The notes: generated from the sequence alone by a model not told the origin. Positions 9,956-19,534 are shown, counted from the stretch's first letter. The stretch: 64,000 nt of DNA from Gammaproteobacteria bacterium (GCA_965240365.1 OZ251218.1:258689-322688), one strand, 5' to 3'. Program-made: numbers and translations.

Positions 9956-10495
9956 ATGATCGCCCGATTTATTACTTCAAAGGTGCAACAAGCCCTGCGG
10001 CGCCAGGCCGCGGTTGCGCTCATTGGACCCAGACAGGCCGGCAAAACGACGCTTGCGCTTGAAATCGGCAAGGCAGCCGGCGGTCTGGATCTGGAAGATA
10101 GCAATGATCGCAATCGCCTGACCGAACCCATTCTGTTTTTTGAGAAATTTGAAGATCGGCTCATCATTCTGGACGAAATTCATCGCGCGCCGGATTTATT
10201 TGAGGCCTTGTGCGGCGTGGTAGATAAGGGCCGGCGTAGGAAGAAGGACAAAAACCGGTTTTTGATTTTGGGTTCTACCTCAATTGACCTGCTGAGACAA
10301 TCCAGAGAAACCCTGGCAGGCCGGATTGCCTATGTCGATATGGGCACATTGGCGACCATTACTCTTTCATCATTTCACCCTGACACCGTAAACAAAAACC
10401 GAGGGCTGTCCAGCATTCCGACAGCGCCTTCCTGGATTCCAGCTTTTGCCTGCCTGCTACAGGCAGGTCAAGCTAATCGGTCTGACGCAGTATAA
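9956..10495 (+). pseudogene. AAA ATPase (AAA_14/DUF4143-type) 5' fragment, truncated by insertion of the palindromic repeat unit
   Basis: Walker A motif GPRQAGKTT and Walker B ILDEIH. The reading frame ends inside the repeat (IPAFACLLQAGQ = cctgcctgctacaggcaggtc) at about 160 aa, where about 400 aa is usual. Confidence 0.55.
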
Positions 10496-10955
10496 ATCCG
10501 CCGGCTTTTCTTTCTACCATAAATACGGCCTGCCGCGGCGTGAGCGTCGTTTCCCGCAAATCGAAGGCGATTATCTCATTGTTGAAGTCGATAACTCTGT
10601 TGCCGTCTCTGGTGGCGAAGGCGATCACACTCAACTGCGCCTCTGCCATCATCCGCCTTCTTTCCCGCTGGCTCAAGTCCCAGTTAAACGGGCAGTCCGG
10701 GAGCCTGATCCTGCTCTGGAAATGGGTGATTATTCTGGCCCTTTGCCAGGCAAAGGGAATCATATCGCTCAGCCGGATTTTTTTGCCCGCATTTTGCCTC
10801 ACCTTTTCATAAAGCGCGGCCCGCAGCATGCCGATATCCGTACAGATTCGATATTGCTGAACATAAAAAGCCGCTAAAACGATAACGGCAAGCACAACGG
10901 CAATGACCATCCCCGGCCTGCCGGGCAGGCTGTTCAAGGCGTTTCTGATGTTCAT
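10473..10955 (-). CDS. hypothetical membrane-anchored protein (one N-terminal TM helix)
   Basis: 160-aa ORF with an N-terminal hydrophobic helix. No recognised motif. Confidence 0.4.
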   Translation of the reverse strand: MNIRNALNSLPGRPGMVIAVVLAVIVLAAFYVQQYRICTDIGMLRAALYEKVRQNAGKKIRLSDMIPFAWQRARIITHFQSRIRLPDCPFNWDLSQRERRRMMAEAQLSVIAFATRDGNRVIDFNNEIIAFDLRETTLTPRQAVFMVERKAGGFILRQTD

Positions 10956-10971
10956 GCGGCGCGTTTCCTGT

Positions 10972-11132
10972 TTTTAAGGAAACTCTGATTGAATCAGAGT
11001 TTCCTGCGGTACAGGGATGTACCGCCAAAATCAATGATGCAAGTCATTGATTTTGAAGCAAGGTGAAAATCGCATTTTCACCTTGCGTGCTCTGAGAAAT
11101 CCAGGATGGATTTATTCAGAGCTTCCTTAAAT
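10972..11132. mobile_element. MITE-like element 'E' copy 1 (about 155 bp, TTAA-flanked, imperfect 15-bp terminal inverted repeats, three internal hairpins)
   Basis: It starts TTAAGGAAACTCTGATTGAATCAGAGTTTCC and ends TCAGAGCTTCCTTAA. Near-identical copies lie at 39770-39950 and 57439-57592, and a fragment at 31020-31060. Confidence 0.7.
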
Positions 11133-11227
11133 AAGCCGCCCAACTCCGCTCAAGCCCGGGGTCTGTTGCAAACGCCTTCGCGGCGCCCCGGCAACCGGTT
11201 TCAGCCGGGCCGGGGCCGCGCGGTCGA

Positions 11228-11461
11228 TCAGGACGACATGTGGCCCGCGTCCGGTTGCAGCACCTTGTTGGCCTGCGCCTTGTCCTTCATCTCCTTGATT
11301 TCAACATCGCATTCCCTGGATTCATTCCTGAGTTGCCAGATATGCCAGCCCAGCCAGAACAGGACACAGAGTAAAACCAGTAAACCCTCGCTGCCCTGAA
11401 AGGGATAAATCGCGCCCAGTTCAGCCGCCTTGTCAAAACTTTCCACGCCCGTTGACATCAT
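11228..11461 (-). CDS. small single-pass membrane protein (77 aa) immediately downstream of amt
   Basis: ORF 16 nt after the amt stop, with one hydrophobic helix (LLVLLCVLFWLGWHIW). Confidence 0.35.
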   Translation of the reverse strand: MMSTGVESFDKAAELGAIYPFQGSEGLLVLLCVLFWLGWHIWQLRNESRECDVEIKEMKDKAQANKVLQPDAGHMSS

Positions 11462-11476
11462 TATGTCCTCCTGTGT

Positions 11477-12913
11477 TTAAAGTAAACCAATCTTCTTCGC
11501 CTCATCACGCACCGCGTTATTGAGGGCTTCGGCCGCCCTGGTGTCTTCAAGGTCGTAATCCAGATCCAGGCCCGCCAGTTCGATTTCCCTGGGTATGCGT
11601 AACAGGCCCACGCCGTTCAGGAGTCTGGCCACGATATAACCGGGGATAAAACCCAATACAAAAAACATGATGACCGCGCCCGCAAGCTGGCCGAGCGGGT
11701 TGATGGTGGATTCCATAAACGGCGATGCCGGATAACCCCAGAGCATGAAACCGCAGACGACCACGCCGTAAAAACCGGCATAACCATGCACGGCAACGGC
11801 GCCGACGGCGTCATCGATCTTGAACCGGCGTTCCACCCAGTAATGCAGCTTGTAGATCAGGCAGACGCCCACCGCGGCGATCAGCATGGACTGGATCGGA
11901 TGATAGAGATCATTACCGGCCGAGGCCGCAATCACGCCGGCCAGGCCGCCCGAGTAGGTCCAGAAGGGATCGCCTCTGGACATGAAATAACCGGCCAGCA
12001 GGCCGCCGGACAGGGACATCAGGAAGGTGAAGGTAATGCCCGACAGGGAGGTGGGGCCGAGATAGATATTGGTGGCGGTAAAAAAGCTGCCCTCTATATC
12101 CAGCACATCCGGCCCGTAAAAATCAATAATGGGTATATTACAGGCGGCATAAAAGCCCCAGAAACCGGTATAGATCAGGAACAGGCCGATGGTCACCAGC
12201 CACGGATTATGCGGGCGAATGGCGCGCGGGCTGCCATCGGCCCTGAATTTGCCGATACGCGGGCCGAGCACGGTGAGCACTGCCAGGGCGAAGCCGCCGG
12301 CAATCGCATGCACCACCCCGGAGGCATAGGCGTCATGGTAACCCAGCTTGTGCACCATCCAGCCGTCCCAGTGCCAGCCCCAGGCCGCATCCGTAATCCA
12401 GAGCACGGAACCCAGCAGCACCGCCAGCATCCAGAACGCGCCTGAACGGATACGTTCGATCACCGCGCCGGACACAATTGAACCCGTGGTCCAGGAGAAC
12501 AACAGGAACGCGGCCCAGAAGGCGCCGTTGATACGCGCCCAATAGCCGGTGTCGTCCGCCGTGACGCCTTCCTGAAAGGCGGCCCCGCCCATGTGGACCC
12601 CCATCAATTCGCTCCAGGGCACCGCGTTCACGGCCGCGATCAGGCCGCCGCCTTCCTGTTGCAGCCCGGCAAAATTCAGAAACGGCCCGTTCGGCAGGGC
12701 AAAATAGATCCACCAGCCAAACAGAAAGAAAGTCACCGTGATCAACGGTATCAGCATCGTATTCTTCATCAGCGTGTGCAACTGATTCTTGCGCCTTGAA
12801 ACACCAACTTCATACATGCAGAATCCGACATGGATCAAAAACATCAACACCACGGTGATCCAGTAGTAGAATTCTGTGAATATTACGACCAATGACGATA
12901 ATTCATTATCCAT
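11477..12913 (-). CDS. amt: ammonium/methylammonium transporter, Amt/MEP family
   Basis: About 11 TM segments, typical Amt composition and length (478 aa), with a cytoplasmic C-terminal tail. Confidence 0.85.
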   Translation of the reverse strand: MDNELSSLVVIFTEFYYWITVVLMFLIHVGFCMYEVGVSRRKNQLHTLMKNTMLIPLITVTFFLFGWWIYFALPNGPFLNFAGLQQEGGGLIAAVNAVPWSELMGVHMGGAAFQEGVTADDTGYWARINGAFWAAFLLFSWTTGSIVSGAVIERIRSGAFWMLAVLLGSVLWITDAAWGWHWDGWMVHKLGYHDAYASGVVHAIAGGFALAVLTVLGPRIGKFRADGSPRAIRPHNPWLVTIGLFLIYTGFWGFYAACNIPIIDFYGPDVLDIEGSFFTATNIYLGPTSLSGITFTFLMSLSGGLLAGYFMSRGDPFWTYSGGLAGVIAASAGNDLYHPIQSMLIAAVGVCLIYKLHYWVERRFKIDDAVGAVAVHGYAGFYGVVVCGFMLWGYPASPFMESTINPLGQLAGAVIMFFVLGFIPGYIVARLLNGVGLLRIPREIELAGLDLDYDLEDTRAAEALNNAVRDEAKKIGLL

Positions 12914-13194
12914 GATATTCCCCCTTTTTGTGGTCTGTTACACAAACAGTTTGTTGCAAAAGTCAACACTTGATGACTATTGATCAGGACTTTAGCATAA
13001 TAATTCTTTGATTGACATATCTATTAATATGTATCTATTTAGTGATACTTAGAAAGCGCTGAATAAATCTATCCCGGACTTACTTTAGAGCAAACTGCGG
13101 TATAGCGCGAACTCATTTTTTTTTGAAATCAATAATTTACCTGATTTATTTTGGCGGCGCATCATTATGCCGCCGGCGAAATTGGAATTAAAAA

Positions 13195-14856
13195 ATGGAA
13201 CAACGTAGTCTATCTGGCAAAACTGAATCACCTACTACAGTTACTATCGAGCAATCAGCGAGTCGCCTGGGCGTCTCCACTGCAACCATTCGAAACTGGA
13301 TAAAAACCAAATATCTGGAGCAGGTAGGGAAGGGAAGGATTACACAAGATTCGCTGGAGCAGTTTCAGTTGGAAGTTCTGGCTAAGGAAAAATTGATTCA
13401 AAGGGCAAACAAGTCATTAAAAGACGCGCATGACCATGAAAAAACGGTATCCATGTTTCTTGCCAGGGTCACTTCAGCTATCAATTCGCCAGAGAAGATA
13501 AGTATAGAATATGAATCGAGTTTATCAGATTCCTACCGCAACAAAGAAGGAATCTACTACACCCCTGCTAGTGTAGTAAGCAATCTATTTTCAGCGCCAG
13601 AAGATGATATCCGAAACGCCTCATTCTGTGACCCGTGCTGCGGTTCCGGGAACTTTATTGTCCGCGCCCTGGAGTTGGGCTTTCAGCCGCAAAATATCTA
13701 TGGCTATGATACTGACCCGGTTGCCGTGGAAATAACAAAGGCCAGAATCTATAAACTCAGCGGCTATAAAAGCCCGCATATCAAGCTGGCCGATTTCCTG
13801 GATATAACGGCCGGGCAAGGGCACGCCGGGTTTGATTTTATCTACACCAATCCGCCCTGGGGCAAGAAGATTCGGAAGAAAACCAGGGCGGCAATCGGAT
13901 TAAGACTTAAAGCAGGGAACAGCACAGACACCTGCTCACTCTTTTTCTTTGCCTGTCTCAAATATCTTAAAGACAACGGGGTTTTGGGCCTGCTGTTGCC
14001 CGAGTCCTTTTTCAATATTGCCGTTTTCGAGGAAGCCAGGGCCAGGGCGTTGCGGCTTTCCATCGAGAGGCTCATCGACTATGGCAGAGTCTTCAAAGGT
14101 CTGATGACAAAGGCACAGGCGCTGGCGCTCAAAAACAGACCGCCCGTGTCTCATGCAAGGATTTCATGCGAGCTTATGGGGGCTTTTTATCACAGATCGA
14201 TGGCTTCATTTGCCGGCAACCCAAAGTCTATCCTCAATCTACATTGTGATACCCAAGCGGCGCGCACCCTGCAACATCTTTGGTCTATACCCCATATCAC
14301 GCTAAAAAACCGGGCGGCATGGGGACTGGGCATCGTTACCGGCAATAATAAAAAGTTTATAAGATCAAAGCCTGCAAAGGGATATATACCCGTTTACAGG
14401 GGCGCCGATATTCTGCGAGGACGCCTGAAACCGGCGAGCGGTTTCATACCCGCCGATATGGACCTGTATCAGCAGGTCGCGCCGCTTCAATTTTATGAAG
14501 CTAAGGAGAAACTGATCTATAAGTTCATATCCGACAGACTGGTGTTTTTTTATGACGACCGGCAGAGGTATGTGCTCAACAGCGCCAATATGCTGATCCC
14601 GGATAATACCTTCCCCGTTCCGGCCAGAGTGCTTGCTGAACTCTTGAACAGCGATGTTATGAATTGGGTATTTGCAAAACTGTTCAGTACTCGCAAAATA
14701 TTAAGAGGCGATCTGGAATCACTGCCGATTCACGGCCGGTTTCTTGCAAAGGCATCCGGGTTTGACGAGGCCCGCTATCTTCGGCAGCTTGGGATAGAGC
14801 AAGACGGCAATGGCGCTTACCGGCCCATGAAGCGGGCCGGCGCGGGGCTTTGCTAA
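13195..14856 (+). CDS. HTH-fused N6-adenine DNA methyltransferase (gamma-class, TaqI-like target-recognition domain), no visible endonuclease partner
   Basis: An N-terminal excisionase/MerR-type HTH (LGVSTATIRNWIKTKYL), methyltransferase motif I FCDPCCGSGNF and motif IV FIYTNPPWGK. The gene and its upstream spacer are visibly AT-richer than the flanks. Confidence 0.8.
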   Translation: MEQRSLSGKTESPTTVTIEQSASRLGVSTATIRNWIKTKYLEQVGKGRITQDSLEQFQLEVLAKEKLIQRANKSLKDAHDHEKTVSMFLARVTSAINSPEKISIEYESSLSDSYRNKEGIYYTPASVVSNLFSAPEDDIRNASFCDPCCGSGNFIVRALELGFQPQNIYGYDTDPVAVEITKARIYKLSGYKSPHIKLADFLDITAGQGHAGFDFIYTNPPWGKKIRKKTRAAIGLRLKAGNSTDTCSLFFFACLKYLKDNGVLGLLLPESFFNIAVFEEARARALRLSIERLIDYGRVFKGLMTKAQALALKNRPPVSHARISCELMGAFYHRSMASFAGNPKSILNLHCDTQAARTLQHLWSIPHITLKNRAAWGLGIVTGNNKKFIRSKPAKGYIPVYRGADILRGRLKPASGFIPADMDLYQQVAPLQFYEAKEKLIYKFISDRLVFFYDDRQRYVLNSANMLIPDNTFPVPARVLAELLNSDVMNWVFAKLFSTRKILRGDLESLPIHGRFLAKASGFDEARYLRQLGIEQDGNGAYRPMKRAGAGLC

Positions 14857-16163
14857 CAATCAAAGGTATGTTTCTTTTCCCATTCGCTGAGATGGGCCGT
14901 ATATTCGGCCCACTCGCTCATCTTTAATTTGATAAAGGCATCAATCAAGTCATCGCCCATGGCGTCACGCAGCACCTTGCTTTTTTCCAGTAAGCGCAGC
15001 GCGTCCAGCAGGGTCGCCGGCAGCTTCCTGGCCGACTTGATCTTGTGCCCTTCCTCATACATATTAATATGCAACGGGTCGCCCGGGTCACGTTTGTGAT
15101 TTATGCCATCCAAAAGCGCCGCCGCCACCCCGGCCTGAAGCAGGTAAGGATTCGCCGCGCCATCCATCAGGCGCAGTTCAAAGCGGCCGTCTTCCGGGAT
15201 CCGAATCATGTGGGTGCGGTTATTACCGGCATAAGTGACGGTATTGGGCGACCAGGTGGCGCCGGACAGGGTGCGCGGCGCATTGATGCGTTTATAGCTG
15301 TTCACGGTTGGATTGAACAGGGCGCACAGCGAGGTGGCATTGTGCATAACGCCGCCCAACGCGGCATAGGCCAGTTGCGACAGGCCGAGCTTGTCCTTTT
15401 TATTTAGAAACAGATTCTTCTTGCCCGTTTTGTCCCAGACGGAGACATGCGCATGACAGCCGTTGCCGGTCAAGCCGGCAAACGGCTTGGGCATAAAGGT
15501 CGCCCGATAGCCGTGTTTTTCGGCAATGGTCTTGACCATGAATTTAAAAAACACATGCCGATCGGCAGTTTTTAAGGCGTCATCAAAGTCCCAGTTCATT
15601 TCAAACTGGCCATTGGCGTCTTCATGGTCATTCTGGTACGGGTTATAACCGAGTTCGATCATGCTGTCGCAGATCTCGCTGATCACCGGATAACGCCGCA
15701 TCAGGGCCTGCTGGTCATAGCAGGGCTTGACTTGTGTGTCATACTCATCGGACAAGGCCATGCCATCGGCCCTGGTCAGAAAAAACTCGCATTCCACGCC
15801 GGTTTTAACGCGGTATCCCTTTTTCCCGGCGTTTGCCAGTTGCCGCTTCAAGGCAACCCGTGGCGAGGCCGCTATAGGCTTGCCGTCCAGCCATAAATCA
15901 GCCGCCAGCCAGGCCGTCTCCCGCTGCCACGGGAGGATAATCAGGCTGTCCGGGTCAGGCACGCCAAACATATCCGGGTCGGCCGGGGTCAAATCCAGCC
16001 AGGCCGCAAAACCGGCGAAACCGGCTCCTTCTTTCTGCATGGTTTTAATGGCCCGCGCCGGCACCAGCTTGGAACGCAGCACGCCGAATAGATCCACGAA
16101 ACTGATCAGAAAATATTTGATCCCTTTCTCTTTTGCGGCCTTGGCCAGATCGGTTGTCATCAC
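14853..16163 (-). CDS. glutamine synthetase family protein, GmaS/GlnT-type gamma-glutamyl ligase (436 aa), module 2
   Basis: GS catalytic-domain motifs (YQNDHEDANGQFEMNW, NGCHAHVSVW). The 436-aa length is typical of gamma-glutamylmethylamide synthetase or GSIII-like GlnT. It is adjacent to split-GOGAT genes. Confidence 0.8.
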   Translation of the reverse strand: MMTTDLAKAAKEKGIKYFLISFVDLFGVLRSKLVPARAIKTMQKEGAGFAGFAAWLDLTPADPDMFGVPDPDSLIILPWQRETAWLAADLWLDGKPIAASPRVALKRQLANAGKKGYRVKTGVECEFFLTRADGMALSDEYDTQVKPCYDQQALMRRYPVISEICDSMIELGYNPYQNDHEDANGQFEMNWDFDDALKTADRHVFFKFMVKTIAEKHGYRATFMPKPFAGLTGNGCHAHVSVWDKTGKKNLFLNKKDKLGLSQLAYAALGGVMHNATSLCALFNPTVNSYKRINAPRTLSGATWSPNTVTYAGNNRTHMIRIPEDGRFELRLMDGAANPYLLQAGVAAALLDGINHKRDPGDPLHINMYEEGHKIKSARKLPATLLDALRLLEKSKVLRDAMGDDLIDAFIKLKMSEWAEYTAHLSEWEKKHTFDC

Positions 16164-16268
16164 GTCACTCCTGTTGTTTTAGCGATACAGAATAGAATAG
16201 CATGCCCGCAAACGCGGCAATAATGTTGTTGCCGGCAAGAATGGCATTTCCCCCAGATAAATGTAAGG

Positions 16269-17591
16269 CTATTTGTAACTGTCGCCCCCCGGGATCCAGT
16301 CCGTCCCGGCCAGCGGCACACCGGCCATCGCGGCGGCTTCGACGGTCAGCGCGACCAGATCTTCCGGCTCAAGATTATGCAGATGCGATTTGCCACAGGC
16401 GCGCGCCAGGGTTTGCGCCTCCAGTGTCATGGTCTGCAACAGATTTTTAATCCGCCGCCCGCCGAGTTCCGGGTCACACCGCCGCGCCAGTTCCGGTTCC
16501 TGGGTTGAAATACCGGCCGGGCAGCGGCCGAGGTGATAGGCGTCATAATAACCGGGGGCCGTGCCCATCTTGCGGTAATCCTCGGCGTATTTGGGCGAGT
16601 TACAGCCTAATGCGTACATCGCGGCCATGCCGATCGATACGGCATCGGCCCCCAGCGCCATACACTTGGCGACATCGGCGCCGTTGCGGATGCCGCCGGA
16701 CACAATAAGCTGTACCTTGCGGTGCATGCCCATATCCTTTAATGCCTCGACGGCGATGCGTACCGCTGGCAAGGTCGGAATACCGACATGCTCAATAAAC
16801 ACATCCTGGGTCGCCGCCGTGCCGCCCTGCATACCGTCAACCACGATCACATCGGCCCCGGCCTTGACCGCCAGTTGCACATCATAGCGCGTGCGGGTCG
16901 CGCCGATCTTCACATAAACCGGTTTTTCCCAGTCCGTGATCTCGCGGATCTCCGCGAGCTTGATCGCCAGATCATCGGGGCCGGTCCAGTCCGGATGCCG
17001 GCAGGCGCTGCGTTGATCAATCCCCTTTGGCAGGGTGCGCATTTCCGCCACCCGGTCGCTGATCTTGTGGCCCAGCAACATGCCGCCGCCGCCGGGCTTC
17101 GCGCCCTGCCCGCAGACGACTTCTATCGCGTCGGCCTGGCGTAAATCATCCGGGTTCATACCGTAGCGTGAAGGCAACATCTGATAGACCAGGGTTTCCG
17201 AAGAGCGGCGTTCCTCCGCGGTCATGCCGCCGTCACCGGTCGTGGTCGAGGTGCCCATGGCCGCCGCGCCCTTGCCCAGGGCATCCTTGGCCTCGGCCGA
17301 CAGGGCGCCGAAGCTCATGCCGGCGATGGTGATCGGTATCTTCAAGTGCAGCGGTTTTTTCGCATGGCGCGCGCCGAGCCTGACATCGGTATCGCAACGT
17401 TCACGATAGCCTTCCAGCGGATAGCGCGACATGCTGGCGCCTAAAAACAATAAATCGTCAAAGTGCGGCAGCCTGCGCCGCGCGCCCCCGCCACGGATAC
17501 TGTAGATGCCTTCGGTCGCGGCGCGCTGGATTTCCTGAATGGTATGCCGGTTCCAGATATACGATTCCTGCAACACGGGGTCTTCATTCAT
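16269..17591 (-). CDS. glutamate synthase FMN-binding central domain protein (MgsC/GlxD-like), module 2
   Basis: Same motif set as the module-1 paralogue: GMSFGALSAEAK, GDGG, GQGAKPGGGG, SGGIRNG, HLGRCPAGISTQEP. The start is at the ATG after an AAGGAG RBS. Confidence 0.85.
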   Translation of the reverse strand: MNEDPVLQESYIWNRHTIQEIQRAATEGIYSIRGGGARRRLPHFDDLLFLGASMSRYPLEGYRERCDTDVRLGARHAKKPLHLKIPITIAGMSFGALSAEAKDALGKGAAAMGTSTTTGDGGMTAEERRSSETLVYQMLPSRYGMNPDDLRQADAIEVVCGQGAKPGGGGMLLGHKISDRVAEMRTLPKGIDQRSACRHPDWTGPDDLAIKLAEIREITDWEKPVYVKIGATRTRYDVQLAVKAGADVIVVDGMQGGTAATQDVFIEHVGIPTLPAVRIAVEALKDMGMHRKVQLIVSGGIRNGADVAKCMALGADAVSIGMAAMYALGCNSPKYAEDYRKMGTAPGYYDAYHLGRCPAGISTQEPELARRCDPELGGRRIKNLLQTMTLEAQTLARACGKSHLHNLEPEDLVALTVEAAAMAGVPLAGTDWIPGGDSYK

Positions 17592-17670
17592 ATCGGCTTG
17601 CTCCTTTGTTTGAATTGTGGGTTCCTGCGCCTGCTCTCGGGCTTGATCGCGCCACCTGCCCGGCCGCGAT

Positions 17671-18351
17671 CTACAAGGCCGCATGATCGATCTTGAAGTT
17701 ATACAGGGTCCTTGCCGGCCCGTAGAGCCTGAATTTTTTCCAGTCGGCCTTTATCCCGGCCCTGTCAAGCAGGGACTGCAGGGTTTCGGTCTGTTCCGGC
17801 CCCATCTCTTTCGCTTCGCAATCATGGCCCAGGCTCTTTACCTCGCCCCGCACAAAAATCTGCAACTCAAGGATAGAATCGCCCAGCGCATCCCCGGCGT
17901 CGCCGCAGATCACCATGTTGCCCGCCTGACCCAAAAAGGCGCACATGTGCCCGGCCGAACCGCCCACGACAATATCGACCCCCTTCATGGATATGCCGCA
18001 ACGCGCGGCGGCGTCGCCTTCGACCACGACCAGACCACCGCGGCCGCTGGCGCCGGTATATTGGGAGGCGTTGCCCTTGACCCGCACCACGCCGGACATG
18101 ATGTTCTCGGCCAGCCCGGCGCCGGCATTGCCGTTGACGGTGATACGCGCGTGTTTATTCATGCCGCCGGCATAATGCCCGGCATGACCGGCTATGGCGA
18201 TGTCCGCCTCGGCATCGACACCGACCGCGATATTATGCTTGCCGTTTGGATGCAGGATTCTAAAACGCTTGTCGCTGTCTTTATGGTTGAGCTTATGCAG
18301 CCTGGCGTTCAACTCGCGCACGGCCTGTTTATCCAGATCGATTTCCTGCAT
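17671..18351 (-). CDS. glutamate synthase GXGXG-domain protein (MgsB/GlxC-like), module 2
   Basis: Glycine-rich repeats (NGNAGAGLAENIMSG, VVVEGDAAARCG, VVGGSAGHMCAFLG). Confidence 0.85.
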   Translation of the reverse strand: MQEIDLDKQAVRELNARLHKLNHKDSDKRFRILHPNGKHNIAVGVDAEADIAIAGHAGHYAGGMNKHARITVNGNAGAGLAENIMSGVVRVKGNASQYTGASGRGGLVVVEGDAAARCGISMKGVDIVVGGSAGHMCAFLGQAGNMVICGDAGDALGDSILELQIFVRGEVKSLGHDCEAKEMGPEQTETLQSLLDRAGIKADWKKFRLYGPARTLYNFKIDHAAL

Positions 18352-18650
18352 TACCGCCGGCCCCGAACCGATTGTGTGTTTATGCTTACTCCAAGCGCCA
18401 TCAATGCCACCTGCAGGCGGGAGCGCGCCCGCAGCTTCCGCATCAGATTCTTGACATGGATCTTTACGGTGCCTTCACAGATGCCCAGCTCTCTGGCGAT
18501 CATCTTGTTGCTCATCCCGGCCGTGATCAGCCGTTGTATTTCCTGCTCTCTGGCCGTTAGCGGATGCGCGCTGTCATTGTTTATTTGAGGCTCGGTAGCG
18601 CCTTGCGTATGGATTAATGCCGGATTATTCATTGTGATGACCTCTGCCAA
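18351..18650 (-). CDS. solo LuxR/GerE-type HTH transcriptional regulator (99 aa, DNA-binding domain only)
   Basis: LuxR-type HTH: LTAREQEIQRLITAGMSNKMIARELGICEGTVKIHVKNLMRKL. Its ends overlap the upstream amidotransferase gene by 22 nt and the downstream GXGXG gene by 1 nt. Confidence 0.75.
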   Translation of the reverse strand: MAEVITMNNPALIHTQGATEPQINNDSAHPLTAREQEIQRLITAGMSNKMIARELGICEGTVKIHVKNLMRKLRARSRLQVALMALGVSINTQSVRGRR

Positions 18651-19534
18651 CTGTAGATTTTTGCCGGTTCGGGTTCCCAGATTCGGGCGTTCTCTACGCC
18701 GGGCAAACAGGCGATGGAACGAAATTCGGAGGCCATGGCCACCCAGTCCCCGGTCTCGGCCAGAATGGCGGGCTTGGCGCCGATAGGGTCGCGCATCACG
18801 GCAAAGCCGTCATGGGTCCCGATCGCAAAGGTATAGAAACCGTCCAGGTCTTCCAGGCCTTCGGCCAACGCCTCGTCCAGCGTCGCGCCCTGTTGCAATT
18901 TCCAGGTCAGGTATCCGGCCGCCACTTCGCTGTCGTTTTCGGTCTGGAATGTCACGCCTTCCCTTTGCAGGGCCCGGCGCAGACGATTGTGATTAGATAA
19001 AGAGCCGTTGTGCACGAGGCAGAGGTCTTCACCGGTCGAGAAAGGATGGGAGGCCGATGTGCTGACCGCGCTCTCGGTCGCCATGCGGGTATGGCCGAGC
19101 GCATGAGTGCCGGACATGCCCTCTACTTCAAAGCGCCGGATGACATCCCGCGGCAGCCCCTGCTCTTTGTAGATGACGATATTGGTGCCGGAACTGGTCA
19201 TGTACAACTCCGGGTGTTCATGCTGCAACCAGCCCTGCAGGGTCTTGGCAGCGGCCCGCACCGTTAAAACGGCATGATTGCTCTTGATCTCGACCGCCGA
19301 GTCCGCGCCGAAGACCTCCTTGAGCCCGGCGCCGAGTCTCTCCCAGGAATAATCGGGGTCGATTGAAAGCACGGTGATCCGGGTCATGCCCTCGGCCGCG
19401 GTATCGCCGTAAATGGCAATACCGGCGCTGTCCGGCCCGCGCTCGGTCATTTCGACCAGCATGGGCGACAACAAGGCCCCGAGTTTATCTTCCAGCTCGG
19501 GCGCCTTGATAAAAATTCCGACAATTCCGCACAT
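18629..19534 (-). CDS. class-II (Ntn) glutamine amidotransferase domain protein (MgsA/GlxB-like), module 2
   Basis: N-terminal MCGIVGIF with catalytic Cys at position 2, and LVHNGSLSNH. Confidence 0.85.
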   Translation of the reverse strand: MCGIVGIFIKAPELEDKLGALLSPMLVEMTERGPDSAGIAIYGDTAAEGMTRITVLSIDPDYSWERLGAGLKEVFGADSAVEIKSNHAVLTVRAAAKTLQGWLQHEHPELYMTSSGTNIVIYKEQGLPRDVIRRFEVEGMSGTHALGHTRMATESAVSTSASHPFSTGEDLCLVHNGSLSNHNRLRRALQREGVTFQTENDSEVAAGYLTWKLQQGATLDEALAEGLEDLDGFYTFAIGTHDGFAVMRDPIGAKPAILAETGDWVAMASEFRSIACLPGVENARIWEPEPAKIYSWQRSSQ

